A DNA stretch of 64,000 bases from Candidatus Spongiisociaceae bacterium (GTDB lineage Bacteria; Actinomycetota; Acidimicrobiia; Spongiisociales; Spongiisociaceae): positions 736,001 through 800,000 of the forward strand of contig OZ241841.1 in the NCBI GenBank assembly GCA_965202665.1, written 5' to 3'. Below the pieces are notes generated by a model. That model saw only the letters and a program-made list of their open reading frames with translations, was not told the origin of the DNA and did not search any database. How positions within the stretch are numbered: position 1 is the stretch's first letter; the number at the start of each line of letters is the position of its first letter. Below are positions 28,085 through 39,700 of the stretch, one piece after another. Both the position numbers and the translations under genes were made by a program.

Positions 28085-28798
28085 CGGGGTGGATCAGAGG
28101 GGGAGGGGGGCGGTAGGGCCAGATGAAACCGGCCAGCCAGGGGCCGTACAGCAGGGCCGGAGCGTGCTCCCACCAACGGGGAGGGGCGAATTGCCGCACC
28201 AGCCACAGCAAAGGAACCCCCGCCGCCAGAGCCCGCCGACGCTCCGCTCCGGGCCATCAGGGACAACTGATCGGGAATCAAGCCGAACAGGTCGGAGAAA
28301 GAAACCAGGCGCCGGGCGAACCCGGCTATCGGAATGGCCGGTTGAACCCAAATGGAGCACATCCAGTTCGGGACGATGAGCGGCAAAAACGGCAAGCCGC
28401 ACAAAACCAGAGCCGGGCATCTGCTGGCCCGGCCGGAAACCATCGAACGGGCGGCGGAACCGCGGGCCCCCAACCAAATAGCCGAATACGCCTACGACCT
28501 GGCCGCCCTGTTCAGATCCTTCTTCGAAATACCCGCCCGGATGTAACCATCCGCCCAGCCGTCACGCCCACTCCGGCGGGCGGCGATATTCCCGCCCTTT
28601 GGCCCCTGTCACCACCTCCGGCAACTGCGACCTCCCAAAAGCGCCCTGGGGAAAATGAACCACGCCCGAAGCCGCCCTTTAAAGTAGCCACCTGCCGGCC
28701 GGGAGGAGGAGTGACGATCACCGCAATCCGTAGTAGACGTTATACCCATCCACATACCCGACAACAGGGGATGGACTTGACAGGTTTGTATTGGTCAT
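28085..28798. pseudogene. Amplified unit copy 2: membrane-gene 3' fragment, deleted argS 3' fragment and internally deleted NYN
   Basis: 28085-28328 matches 44860-45098; 28329-28546 is spliced pieces of argS (about 26510-26600, 26940-27050, 27160-27180); 28562-28798 is both ends of NYN without the middle. Confidence 0.85.
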
Positions 28799-29020
28799 CT
28801 ATGCTTCTCCTTAGAACTGCGCCACGGGTATATCCCGTGGTTAAAACGGCCCGCCATTCGTGGCGGGTCGTTTCTATGCAGGGTCTTACCAACCTCGGCC
28901 CCAAAGCCGCCGCAACGGTTCCGGGCCCGGGATGTAACCTTCTTGTGACCCCTTGCGCTCAAATATAGGGTAGGGCCAGGTCAACCAGTTACACCGCGAC
29001 AGAGCACGGTCGGTCGTAAG
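28799..29020 (-). ncRNA. NYN leader copy 2
   Basis: Near-identical to 27859-28080 with the terminator hairpin identical (28843-28873); the -10 box and upstream palindrome are degraded. Confidence 0.5.
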
Positions 29021-30196
29021 CGGGCGGGTGGATTAGAGGGGGGCGGTAGAGCCAGATGAAACCGGCCAGCCAAGCCGCGTACAGCAGGGCCGGGGAGCGC
29101 TCCCGCCAGCGGAGGGGCGATCGGAGAAAGAAACCAGGCGCCGGGCGAACCCGGGCTAAGAACCCCGCCACCGGCGCGAACACCACCAGCCCCACCGCGG
29201 TGGCCGCCGCCGACTCCCAAGCTTTGGTTCCTTCAACGTGATCCGAGGCGCGCGGGCCGCTCTCCACCGCCAACCCCAACAGAAAAGTTCCCAGCAGGGC
29301 GGTCACCAAACCGGACGACAAACCGAAATCCCCCCGCTGGTCATCCAAACCTCGCGCGGGCCTACCTCTACTCCACCACCGACCTGGCCACTATCGGGCA
29401 TCGCACCGAAGAGTCGGGGGCCGACCTGTTCACCCAAGTGTTCCGTACGGCCCGTCGCGTCGGAATGGCCGGTCGAACCCAAATGGAGCACATCCAGTTC
29501 GGGACGATGAACGGAAAAAACGGCAAGCCGTACAAGACCAGGGCCGGGGATCTGCTTGCTTTGCCGGAAACCATCAACCGGGCGGCGGAACTGCGGGCCC
29601 CCAACCAAATAGCCGAATACGCCTACGACCTGGCCACCCTGTTTAGCTCCTTCTACGAAACTACCACATACTGACCGAACCGACCCGGAGCAACGCGCCA
29701 CCTGGCTGAGCCTGACAACCATCGTCCGCCGCGCCCTGGAACTGTTGCTGGACCTGCTGGGAATCGAAATACCCGCCCGGATGTAACCATCCGCCCAGCC
29801 GTCACACCCACTCCGGAGGACGGCGATATTCTTTCCCATTGTCCCCCGTCACCACCTCCGGCAACTGCGATCTCCCAAAAGCGCCCTGGGGAAAATGAGC
29901 CACGCCCGAAGCCACTTTGATTAGAGCATCCGACCGTCGGTTGGGAGGAGGAGTGACGATCACCTCCTTCCCCAACCTGCCCACCACGTGCTTCACCGCT
30001 GGTATAAAGTCGGCCTGGCAGTGAAATACTTAACCGCTGCCAGAACTTCTCCCGGTTCTAGGAGCTCGGAGAGCAACGCCCGCAAATCAAGCCAGAAGAA
30101 CCTTCGCCAGCCTTTAGACTGCAATCCGTAGTAGACGTTGTAACCATCCACATACCCGACAACGGGAGATCGATTTGACAGGATTGTATTGGTCAT
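29021..30196. pseudogene. Amplified unit copy 3: membrane-gene fragment, argS 3' fragment (29313-29786) and internally deleted NYN (29802-30196)
   Basis: Direct matches to 44860-45261, 26325-27180 and 27196-27858 with deletions and frameshifts. Confidence 0.85.
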
Positions 30197-30420
30197 CTAT
30201 GCTTCTCCTTAGAACTGCGCCATAGGTATATCCTATGGTCAAAACGGCCCGCCATTCGTGGCGGGTCGTTTCTATGCAGGGTCTTACCAACCTTGGCCTC
30301 AAAGCCGCCGCAACGGTTCCGGGCCGGGATGTAACCTTCTTGTGACCCCTTGCGGCTTGATTATAGGGTCGGACCAGGTCATACCTGGTACATCGCGACA
30401 GAGCACGGTCGGGCGTAAGC
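30197..30420 (-). ncRNA. NYN leader copy 3
   Basis: TATAAT, palindrome and terminator hairpin (30241-30271) all intact. Confidence 0.5.
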
Positions 30421-30604
30421 GGGCGGGTTGAGTCAAAGGGGGAGGGGGGCGGTAGGGCCAGATGAAACCGGCCAGCCAGGGGCCGTACAGCAGGGCCGGG
30501 GCGCGCCCCCGCCAACGGGGAGGGGCGAATTGCCGCACCAGCCACAGCAAAGGAACCCCCGCCGCCCAGAGCCCGCCGACGCTCCGCTCCGGGCCGTCAG
30601 GGAC
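30413..30604. repeat. About 190-bp direct repeat, left flank of the giant-gene cassette
   Basis: Matches 44844-45035 (GCGTAAGCGGG...GGGCCGTCAGGGAC). Confidence 0.85.
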
Positions 30605-30737
30605 GCCGCTTCCGGCAAAACTGCGAACTCATAAAGGGCTCCCGCTAGTGCGGAATCGGGTGCTGGTGTTGCCCTACTTTGGGAGAAAAAATATCCCGGC
30701 CCCTGGGTTGGGCAGAGGCCGGGATAGGTTGGGGTGG

Positions 30738-33700
30738 TTATGAACTTGCGCCTGCGGCGTCGTCGGTGGTGGTGGGGGCTTGGTTGATTACTCTTACGAA
30801 GAAGGATGCCATCTGCGCCCGGGTCACCGGATTGTTGGGGCAGTATCTGAGGGGCGGCGTGGTGGTGCATCCTCTGGTTACTTCGCTTTCGGCTATGCCT
30901 TCAATGGCCCGCACCACCGCCGCGTCCAGGTTGGCGGTGTCGGCAAACAGGTTTTGCGACTCGGATACGGCTTGGATGTGGGGGAAAGCGGCTACCATCA
31001 TCACCGCCATATCGGCTCGGGTTACTATCCCTCGGGGGTTGAAGTTCCCACCGTCCAGCTGGAAGGCCCCGATGCTTACCAGCCAGTCGGCGTAGGAACG
31101 GTAGCTGGCGTCGGCGGGGACATCGGCTATTTCTATGCCGGTGGGGAACTGGATGGGCCAGCGGGGATTGACTGCCCGGTAGATGAAAGTGGCCATTTGC
31201 CGACGGGTGATTTGCGCGCTGGGACAGTATTTAGTGGAGTCGTTGGCGTCGCATCCGATGGTTATTCCCCATACGGCCATCAACTCGATGTTGTCTTCGT
31301 GGACGCTGCCGTCATCGTCGCAGAACCGTCCCTGGCAGGCCACCGGCGCGGGCGGCGGCGCCACCGGCGGGGCGGGACCGGCAGGCGGCGGGGCCCCTCC
31401 ACCGGCCGCGGGGGGCGGAGCGCCGCCGCCGCCTCCTCCTCCACCACCGCCTCCACCGCCTCCACCTCCGGCCGCGGGGGGTGGGGCTGGAGCTGGGGCG
31501 CCACCGCCTCCGCCGCCTCCTCCGCCGCCCCCTCCACCTCCTCCGCCGCCGCCGGTGGGGGTGGTGGTGACAGCGGGGGCGTCGTTGGCGGGGATGGTGA
31601 TAGTGGTGGCGGTGGCGGTGAATCCGGTAACGTCGCCGGGGGTTATGCGAATTTGTTTGGCGTTCTCCTGGGTGGGGTCGTCGTTTATTCGCATGTCTAT
31701 ATCAATGTATCCGCTGGTTTGGCCGGCGCGGATGGTGATGGTGTGGGTCCCGGGGCCGGGTTCGTAAGATTCTCCGGTTCCCAGGGTGACGGGAACTTGC
31801 ATGTCTTGGGTGAGCGCGACTGAGCCGAGGGAGGCGGTGATGCGTACTCTTGCGGATGCGCCTTCGTTTATTCGGTTGGGGCTGGCGGATAGGGTTATGC
31901 GGTTGGGTTGGGCGTCGTTTTCGGTGATGGTGAAGGTGACGGGTCTGACGGTGAACTGGGAGTGCGATCCGGTTAGTTCCAGGGTTTCGTTGCCTTCGTA
32001 GACGCGGTCGTCGGGGGTGAGGTTGAGGGTGATGTTGGTGGTGGCGTAGTTGGTGTTGGCGGGGATTCTGATATCGAACGGGGCCAGCGTTTGGTAGTCT
32101 TCTCCGGCGGTGGCGGTTCCGTTGTTTACGGTTACTCGGATGGTTTTCTGAGCGGTTTGGGTGACGCCGGCCGAGAAGGCGGCTTTCACGGTAACATTTT
32201 GGCGGGTTCCTTCGGCGGCTTGGGCGACATCCAGGGAGAGGGTTACGGCGCTTTCGTCGTCGACGAGGGTTAGGGTGTCTTCACCGACGGTGAAGGCGGT
32301 CAGGGTGTCGTCGGGGTCGCCTCGTACGGTGATCGTTTCGGGGCTCTCAGGGTCATCGTCGTCGATGGCTTCTAGATCGAAGCGGGCGGTTCCTTGCGTT
32401 TGGTAGGCGGGGATGGTAATGGAAGGGGGCGAGGTTACGTCCTTGTAGTCCGTGTCGGGTATGGCAGTGTCGCCGACTTTGGCTACTCCCAGGGGGACGA
32501 TCACCGAGTGGGGCAGAGTGTTGGTACCCTGGTAGGCGGCTTTTACGACCACCGGAGTGGTGGCTGTTGTTTCGAATATTTGGGCGAGGTCGGCCCCGCC
32601 GGGGGTTTGCAGGGTGATGGTTATTTCATCGGGGGCTTGGTCGTCGTCGGTGATGTTCAGGTTGGCTCCTATAACCGGCAGGGTGGATCCGCCCAGCGTC
32701 AGGGTCCCGCCTTCGATGTGGATAGTTTCCGGGTCGGCCCCTTCCGACGCTCCCTCGGCGGTGTTGTCGTCGTTTACCTGCAAGGTTACCGTCGCGTGGC
32801 CGCTGGTTTCCCCGGCGGAGATAGCGACGGCTAGGTCGTATCCGGCGGGCGGGGCGGGACTGGTGGGCAGGGTGATGCGGTAATCTTCCCCGGTTCCGAA
32901 ACCGGTGGAGGCGGCGGCGGGGGCGGCGGTGCCGTTGGCGATGTTCACTCCTATGACGGCGCCTCCGGCGGGGGCTACCACGGGTATGGAGGCGGTTATG
33001 CGCAGGGTGGTGGTTCCGCTGTCCTCCGCGATGGCGGTCAGGGGGGTTCCGGTGTTGTTGGCCCAGCCCAGAGTCACGCCTTGGTCGACGATTTCCAACC
33101 GGGCGGCGGTAGCGGTCACCGCAGAGCCGTCTACCTGCGCGGTAGCGGTGAGGGAAACCCGTTCGGTGGATTCCCCTGTGCTGTCAGCGCGGGCGACAAT
33201 GCGGAAGGTGGCTGCGCCGCTGGTCCGTCCGGCGGGGATGTTCACCGTCAGCTGCCGGTTGGAAGGCAGGTTGGTGTACCAGTCGTTGCTGGTGCCGTGG
33301 GTGGCGGTGTCATCGGCGAGGGTGACCGTCACCGGAACAGCCGCAGTACGGGCGGAAGAGGCTACGTTGTCGAAGGCGGCGGTGACGGTCACAATGTAAT
33401 GGTTGGGTCTTTCCACCAGCAGATCGGGGGTAGCGCTGATGGTGAGGGCGGTGTCGGCGTCGGCGACCGCCAACACCGCGGAAGCAGCGGCGCCCAAAGC
33501 GGAGGTTCCGCTGATAATGATCGTCTCCCGCCCTTCGGTTATATCATCATGTTTCACAGTCAGCCCAGTCAGGGCCGTTCCGGCGGCAGCGCCGGTCGCT
33601 TGGGCGGGGATGGTCACGGTGTACGTTCCGCTGTTTTGATAGTCGGCGGGACTGACCGCCGTTCCGTCCCCCACGGTGAGCGTCACCGCGGTGGCGGTGG

Positions 33701-36700
33701 CGATTTCGGAGGAGGTGGTCCCGGTTTGGAAAGCGGCCGACACGGTAATCCCCGACCCAGTTCCGCCTTCCGCCGCCGCCGCGCTGGCGGTTAGGACTAT
33801 CACCGAGTCGTCGTCTTGAATAGTCAGCGAGGCGGGAGTAACCGACAGACCGGGGGTGGTTCCCCCCACTTGGATGGTTTCCCCCACCTCGGCGATAGCG
33901 TCATCGGTTATACCCAAACCGGTCAGAGCGGTGGAGGAACTGCTGACCGAGCCAGCCGGGATGGTCACCGTTATCTCACTGCCGGCCCCGGGAGCGGTGT
34001 AATCAGCCGCTTCCGTACCAGCCCCCGCCGCGAACGACAACGTTACGACGGTGGCGACCCCGATCTGGGAGGTGGTTCCCGCCAAAGAGGCGGTCACCCG
34101 GGCCGCTCTCCCGTCGCCGTCTTCTTCCAACGCGTCGGCGGTTACGTTCAGAGTTATACCGGAGTCGTTGTCGGTGATATCAAAAGCGGTGTCCACCACC
34201 GCCAGCACGCTCCCGCTCGCCACCGCCCCATCCACGGATATCGTCTCCGCCGCCCCCTCCGCCGCCCGGTCGTCGTTCACCGCCACCACAATATCCGCCC
34301 AACCGCTGACCCGCCCCGCGGGAATGGAAATCCCCATCCCGTAACCCGCCGGCGGGGAACCCTGCGGATAAGAAACCCGAAAATCCTCCCCCGCCCCGAA
34401 CATACTGTCATCATCCAAAGTGGCGGACCCGCCCGTCACGTTCACCCCCACCACCACCGGCGTACTCGACGCGACCGGGAGGGTGGCGGTTACCCGCACG
34501 GTGGTGGAACCGCTGTCCTCCCCCAACCCGGTCAACGCCGACCCACCGCTACTCACCGACAACTCAATGCCCCGATCCACCACGTTCACCACAGCCGACT
34601 CCACATCCACCGCCAAACCCCCCACCATAGCCGAACCGCTCACGGTCAAAGCCTCGGCCCCCTCGGCGACGTTGTCGTCGCGGGCGGTCAACTGGAACGT
34701 TCCGTTAGCCGACAACGACCCCGCCGGAATAGTAACCGTAAACTGGTTGCCCGTCTTATCCGTACAAGCATCCCCCGACGCCTGCGGACACGGCGCAGCC
34801 GCCAACGCCGCGCCCCCCGACGCGCCCGCCACCTGTACCGCCACATCCACCGCCTCCGTCAACACGGTACTGGAACCTTTGAAACGGGCGGTAACCGTAA
34901 TCGTCTGCGCCCCCGCGCCTTCCGCCACCAACGATGGAGACACCGACAAATCCACATCCACGTCATCATCCCCAATAGTCACCGTCGCCGCCGTAACCGC
35001 CCCCAACGAAGACGTCCCGTTCACCAAAAACGTTTCCGGGCCCTCCACGATCGTGTCATCAACGATTGTCAATCCGGTTAGCGTGGCCGGAACCAACGAA
35101 TAAGAAACAAGCCTATCAGGAGTCCCAGGGGGGGTCGCCATTGGGTCGCTGCCGTCGCCGTCATGGTCAACCTCTGTACCCGGAATGGTGAAAGAATTCG
35201 GCGACGACGGCGCATACGAGAAATCAGCCGCAACCGCCTTCCCCGCCCCCGGAGTCTCCACCGCCGTCGACAAAGCCACCACCACATCCGAACCTACCTC
35301 GTTGACCGTACCCGACCGGAAACTCCCCGACACCGACACCGAACCAGAACCGCCCTCCCAAATCACCGTCTGATCCCCATCAACATCCCCATCAGTATCC
35401 ACCTGCAAAGCAACCCGAGTATCGTATTCGTCCACAATACTGATAATCCCCGCAACAACAGTAAAACCCGCCGGCTCAGCCACCACCACCTCTATCGTCT
35501 CCACCGCCTCCGCCACCGGGCCATACCTATACACCTGCAAAGTGCTAAAAGCCGAAGCAGCCAACGTAGCAGACAAAGAACCAGCCGGAATAGACACCAA
35601 CACCTGACCTAAATTACCATTCCAACGCCAATCACAGCTCACTAACGGACACGGCCCAGTATAATCCAACGCCGTCCCCTCCCGCATCGTCACCCGCAAA
35701 TTGTTCAAACCGGCACTGTAAGCAGAAGCCGTCGAAGCAGTGAACACCCCACCAGACACACCCCCCAAATCAGCTCTAAAACCCACCTGATGAGTAGTAT
35801 AACTGAAACCACCAGGTAAGGGCTCCGTGTACCGATCAACCAAAGGAGACACCCGAATAAACCGATCCTGATCCGCAATCCCCAAACCAGCCGCCACCAC
35901 CCCATACCCAGCAACAGAACCAGTAAACCATATCATCTCCCGATTCTCAGTGATGGTATCCGACAGGGGCGTTATGGTCACATCCGCCGAACCACTCGTG
36001 CCCTGCGCGGGAATAGTAATCGTCGCCGTAGCCGAACTACGAGTGAAATCAGTGTTCAACAGCGCGTCGCCGCCCGACGCGCCCACCATCACCGTTACGT
36101 TCACCGGGGATGCGCCCACCGCCGCCGAAGCAGTAGCCGTTATCCGCACCGTCTGCGCACCGCCATCCTCTTCTACCTCGGTCAACGCGGCCGGGGTTTG
36201 CGCGGTATCAGTCAAAGTGAGCGTGATCGCCTTATCCGCGTCGCGGACCGTCATCGCCGTCCCCGTCACCTCCACCGCCGCCCCCCCCACCGCGGCTGAG
36301 CCTGAAATCGTCAGGCCTTCTTCGTCGTCGGCGGTGGAGTCCTCCCGGGCGGTCAACTGAAAAGAACCGCTCCCCAGCAACTGCCCGGCCGGGATAGTAA
36401 CCGTAAACTGATTGCTCGTTTTGTCGGTACACACATCATCCCCGGTCTGCGGACACACCGCCGACGACACCACCGCCCCACCCGACGACGCCGCCGCAAC
36501 AGTCACCGTCACAGCAGTATCCGCAGTCAACACCGAGCTGGTCCCCGCGAAACGGGCGGTAACCGTAATCGTCTGCGCCCCCGACCCCTCCGCTACCACC
36601 GCCGGGAACACCGACAACGAAATATCAGCATCATCATCGGCGATAACCAACTCCCCCGAAACGGGATGCCCGGCACCCAGACTGGAAGTACCGCCAAACG

Positions 36701-39700
36701 CTATCGTCTCCGGACCCTCCACAATCGAATCATCCACCACCGACAAACCCGCCAACGTCCCCGAAGAACTCTTCAACCCAGACACACCCACCACCGGAGG
36801 CGTAGCCATAAGATCCTCCGCCACCTTAACAGGAATGGTAAACGACAGCGGCGACGGCGGAGCGTAATCAAAATCGGCGTCGCCCGCCTCCCCCGCCTCC
36901 GGTTCCGTATCTTCTTCGATAGTAAGAGTGGCCGTGACCGGCGTCGTGTGACGGGTAGCGGTGACTCCGGAGGGCCATCCCGCCCATACTTCCACTCCTG
37001 TGCCGGAAGCACCCTCCGCTATTTCGGTCTGGTTGCCCATAGTGTTGCCGTCGGTGTCCACCCTGAACACCACCCGCGAATCCGTCACGTCCCGCACCTT
37101 AATCCAGGCTCTTTCCTGAGTGAACCCCGCTGGAAGCGTCCTCGCTCCCAGCCGTTTAATCGCCTCATCCGGATCCGCTGTGTTGTTTACCTCGACGGAA
37201 TGTGATATGTCTTGCGAAGCGGTGAGTGAACCAGACGGAATATTAAAATATTTCCTCAAATAAAACAAATAACTTTCCCAGTCATATACGTGATATCTAG
37301 CAATAGTTCTAGTATTTTGGCTATTGCCAGAACCTTCAGGGGACCACGCCTGCAAATTCATATTGGAACTGTAAGTAGAGGACGTGGAAGGAGTGAACAC
37401 GCCGCCGGAGGTGCCTCCTAAAGTAGCGGTGCCATCCGAAACAACCGAGCTACGGCGGGAAGCCCACTCGTCAATCGTGTCCGGGTTCAAAGTGAACTTG
37501 ATAACCCGGTCTTGGTCGATGATCTGTAGATCGGCTGGTACTACCGCATACCCCGTAGCGGCGCCCGCGAAGCGGATAGTTTCGTGATCTTCAGTGACCC
37601 TGTCCTGCACGGGGGTGATGGTTACGTCGGCGGTTCCGCTGGTGTCATTCGCCGCGATGGTCACCGTTGCCTCCCCGGCGCTGCGTAGATAGTCCCCTAG
37701 CGTTCCCAAGGCGGCGGTGCCGCCTGTGGCGCCTACGGTGACTGTTACGTCGGTGTCGGCGGTGGGGGCCGTCCCGACGGTGGCCACCACCCGCACCGTC
37801 TGCGCGCCGCCGTCTTCTTCCACTGCGGTTAGCGCGGCGGGGGTTTGGGCGGTGTCAGTGAAACTCAACGTAATCGCCCGCCCCGGATCCCGCATCGACA
37901 TTTCGGTTCCGGTGACCGTAGCTGTTGCGCCGCCGACGGTGGCGGAGCCGGTTACCGTCAGTTTCTCATCATCGTCGGCGGTGGTGTCGTCGCGGGCGGT
38001 GAGCTGGAAAGTAGCGGCGCCGCTGGTTTCCCCGGCGGGGATGGTCACGGTCAGCTGGCTGCTGGTCAAACCGGTAACGCACACATCAGTGGTGGAGGAG
38101 GGGCAGGCGGCCAGGGTGGCACCGTTGCTGGACGCGGAAGCGACCGTCACCGTCACGTCGGTGGCGGCGGTCAGGGCGGAGGTGGTTCCCGCGAAAGCGG
38201 CGGTAACCGTTATCGTCTGCGTACCCGAGCCTTCCGCTACTGAGGCGGGGAACACTGACAGCGTGATGTCGTCGTCGTCGTCGACGATGGTTATAGTAGC
38301 GGGGGTGGCGTCGCCTAACGGGGAAGAACCGCTAATGGTAATCGTCTCCGGCCCTTCCACAATCGCGTCGTCGGTGACCGTCAACCCGGTTAGGGTGGCG
38401 GTGGCTGAGGGGGTGGCGTTGTTAGCGGGGAAAGTGATGGTATTGGGCGTGGCCGGGGTGTAGGTGAAGTCGGCGGCGACGGCCTTCCCGGCTCCGGCCG
38501 GGGTGGGGGCGGCGGCTGATAGGGTCACGTTGGTGGCGGAACTAATGACTGAGGTGGTGGCGTTGTAGTAAGCGGCGGAAACGGTCACACCGGAACCGGT
38601 AGCGCCTTCCGCCAGCGTGGTCTGGGTTCCCGTCGCGCTGTCAGTGTCCACGGTTATCGCTATCTGGTTGGAGTCTTGGATGGTGATCGTCTCCCTGACC
38701 GCGGTCCAACCGGAGGGAACGGCGGGACGGAAGTAAAATATCTGATCCGGTTCCGCCACCGTGTCCTTCAAAACAGCAACCACCGGAACCGCGGTGGGAG
38801 CGTACACTATATTCACATTACCGGAAAGGGCCCCCGCGTTTATAGTCACCTCCAGCGGGTCGTCCGCCTCGCCGTGCTCATGGAAGATATCGTCGGTAGT
38901 GCTAGTCTGGCCGCCCACGGTGGCCGTCCCCGCATCAACCCGCACCCGCATCCCCAAATTAGAACTGTAAGTAGAAGAGGTGGAGGGGGTGAACACCCCG
39001 CCCGACACCCCGCCCAAAACAGCCGTCATACCCCGGAAAAACTTGAGAATGCCATTATACTGGTTAGTCAACGCCTCCCCCTCCCTAGGCTCCCGCACCA
39101 CCAGATCCCCCTCCGCCGCCATCACCTTCACCGCCCGATCCTGATCCTGTATCACCAAATCATTCGCCACCACCGCATACCCAGTGGCTGAACCGGTGAA
39201 CCGGATAATCTCCAAGTCTTCGGTGATGGTATCCGACGCGGGGGTGATAGTCACATCCGCCGTCCCGCTGGTATCGTTGGCGGCGATCGTCACCGACACC
39301 CTATCCGCACTCGACGAATAATCCCCCGCCCCAGCCGTAGTACCCTCCGCCCCCACCACCACATCCACCACCACCGCCGACGTCGGCGCCACCGGCGCAG
39401 AAGCCACCACCCGAATCACTTTAGCCCCCCCATCCTCCCCCACATCCACCAACGGAACCGGCGTAGAAGCAGTGTCAGTAAAACTCAACGCGATGGACCG
39501 GCCCGGATCGTAAATCGTCAACTCCGTCCCCTCCACCACCGCCGCCTCCCCCCCGATAGCGGCCGCGCCGGATACGGTCAGGTCCTCGTCGTTGTCCGCC
39601 GCGTTGTCGCTACGGGCGGTCAGCATAAACGACCCAGACGCCTCAACGCTCCCCGCCGGGATGCTGATAGTGAACTGGTTGTTGGCCTGGTCGGTGCAAG

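Noticed and set aside
28329-29786. argS 3' duplicates as attL/attR sites of an integrative element
   Set aside because: No integrase; the duplicates are long and joined by a microhomology junction, which fits tandem amplification better
27859-30420. CRISPR array or integron cassette array
   Set aside because: Repeats are ~220 bp, the intervening DNA is recognisable fragments of neighbouring genes, and no cas or integrase gene is present
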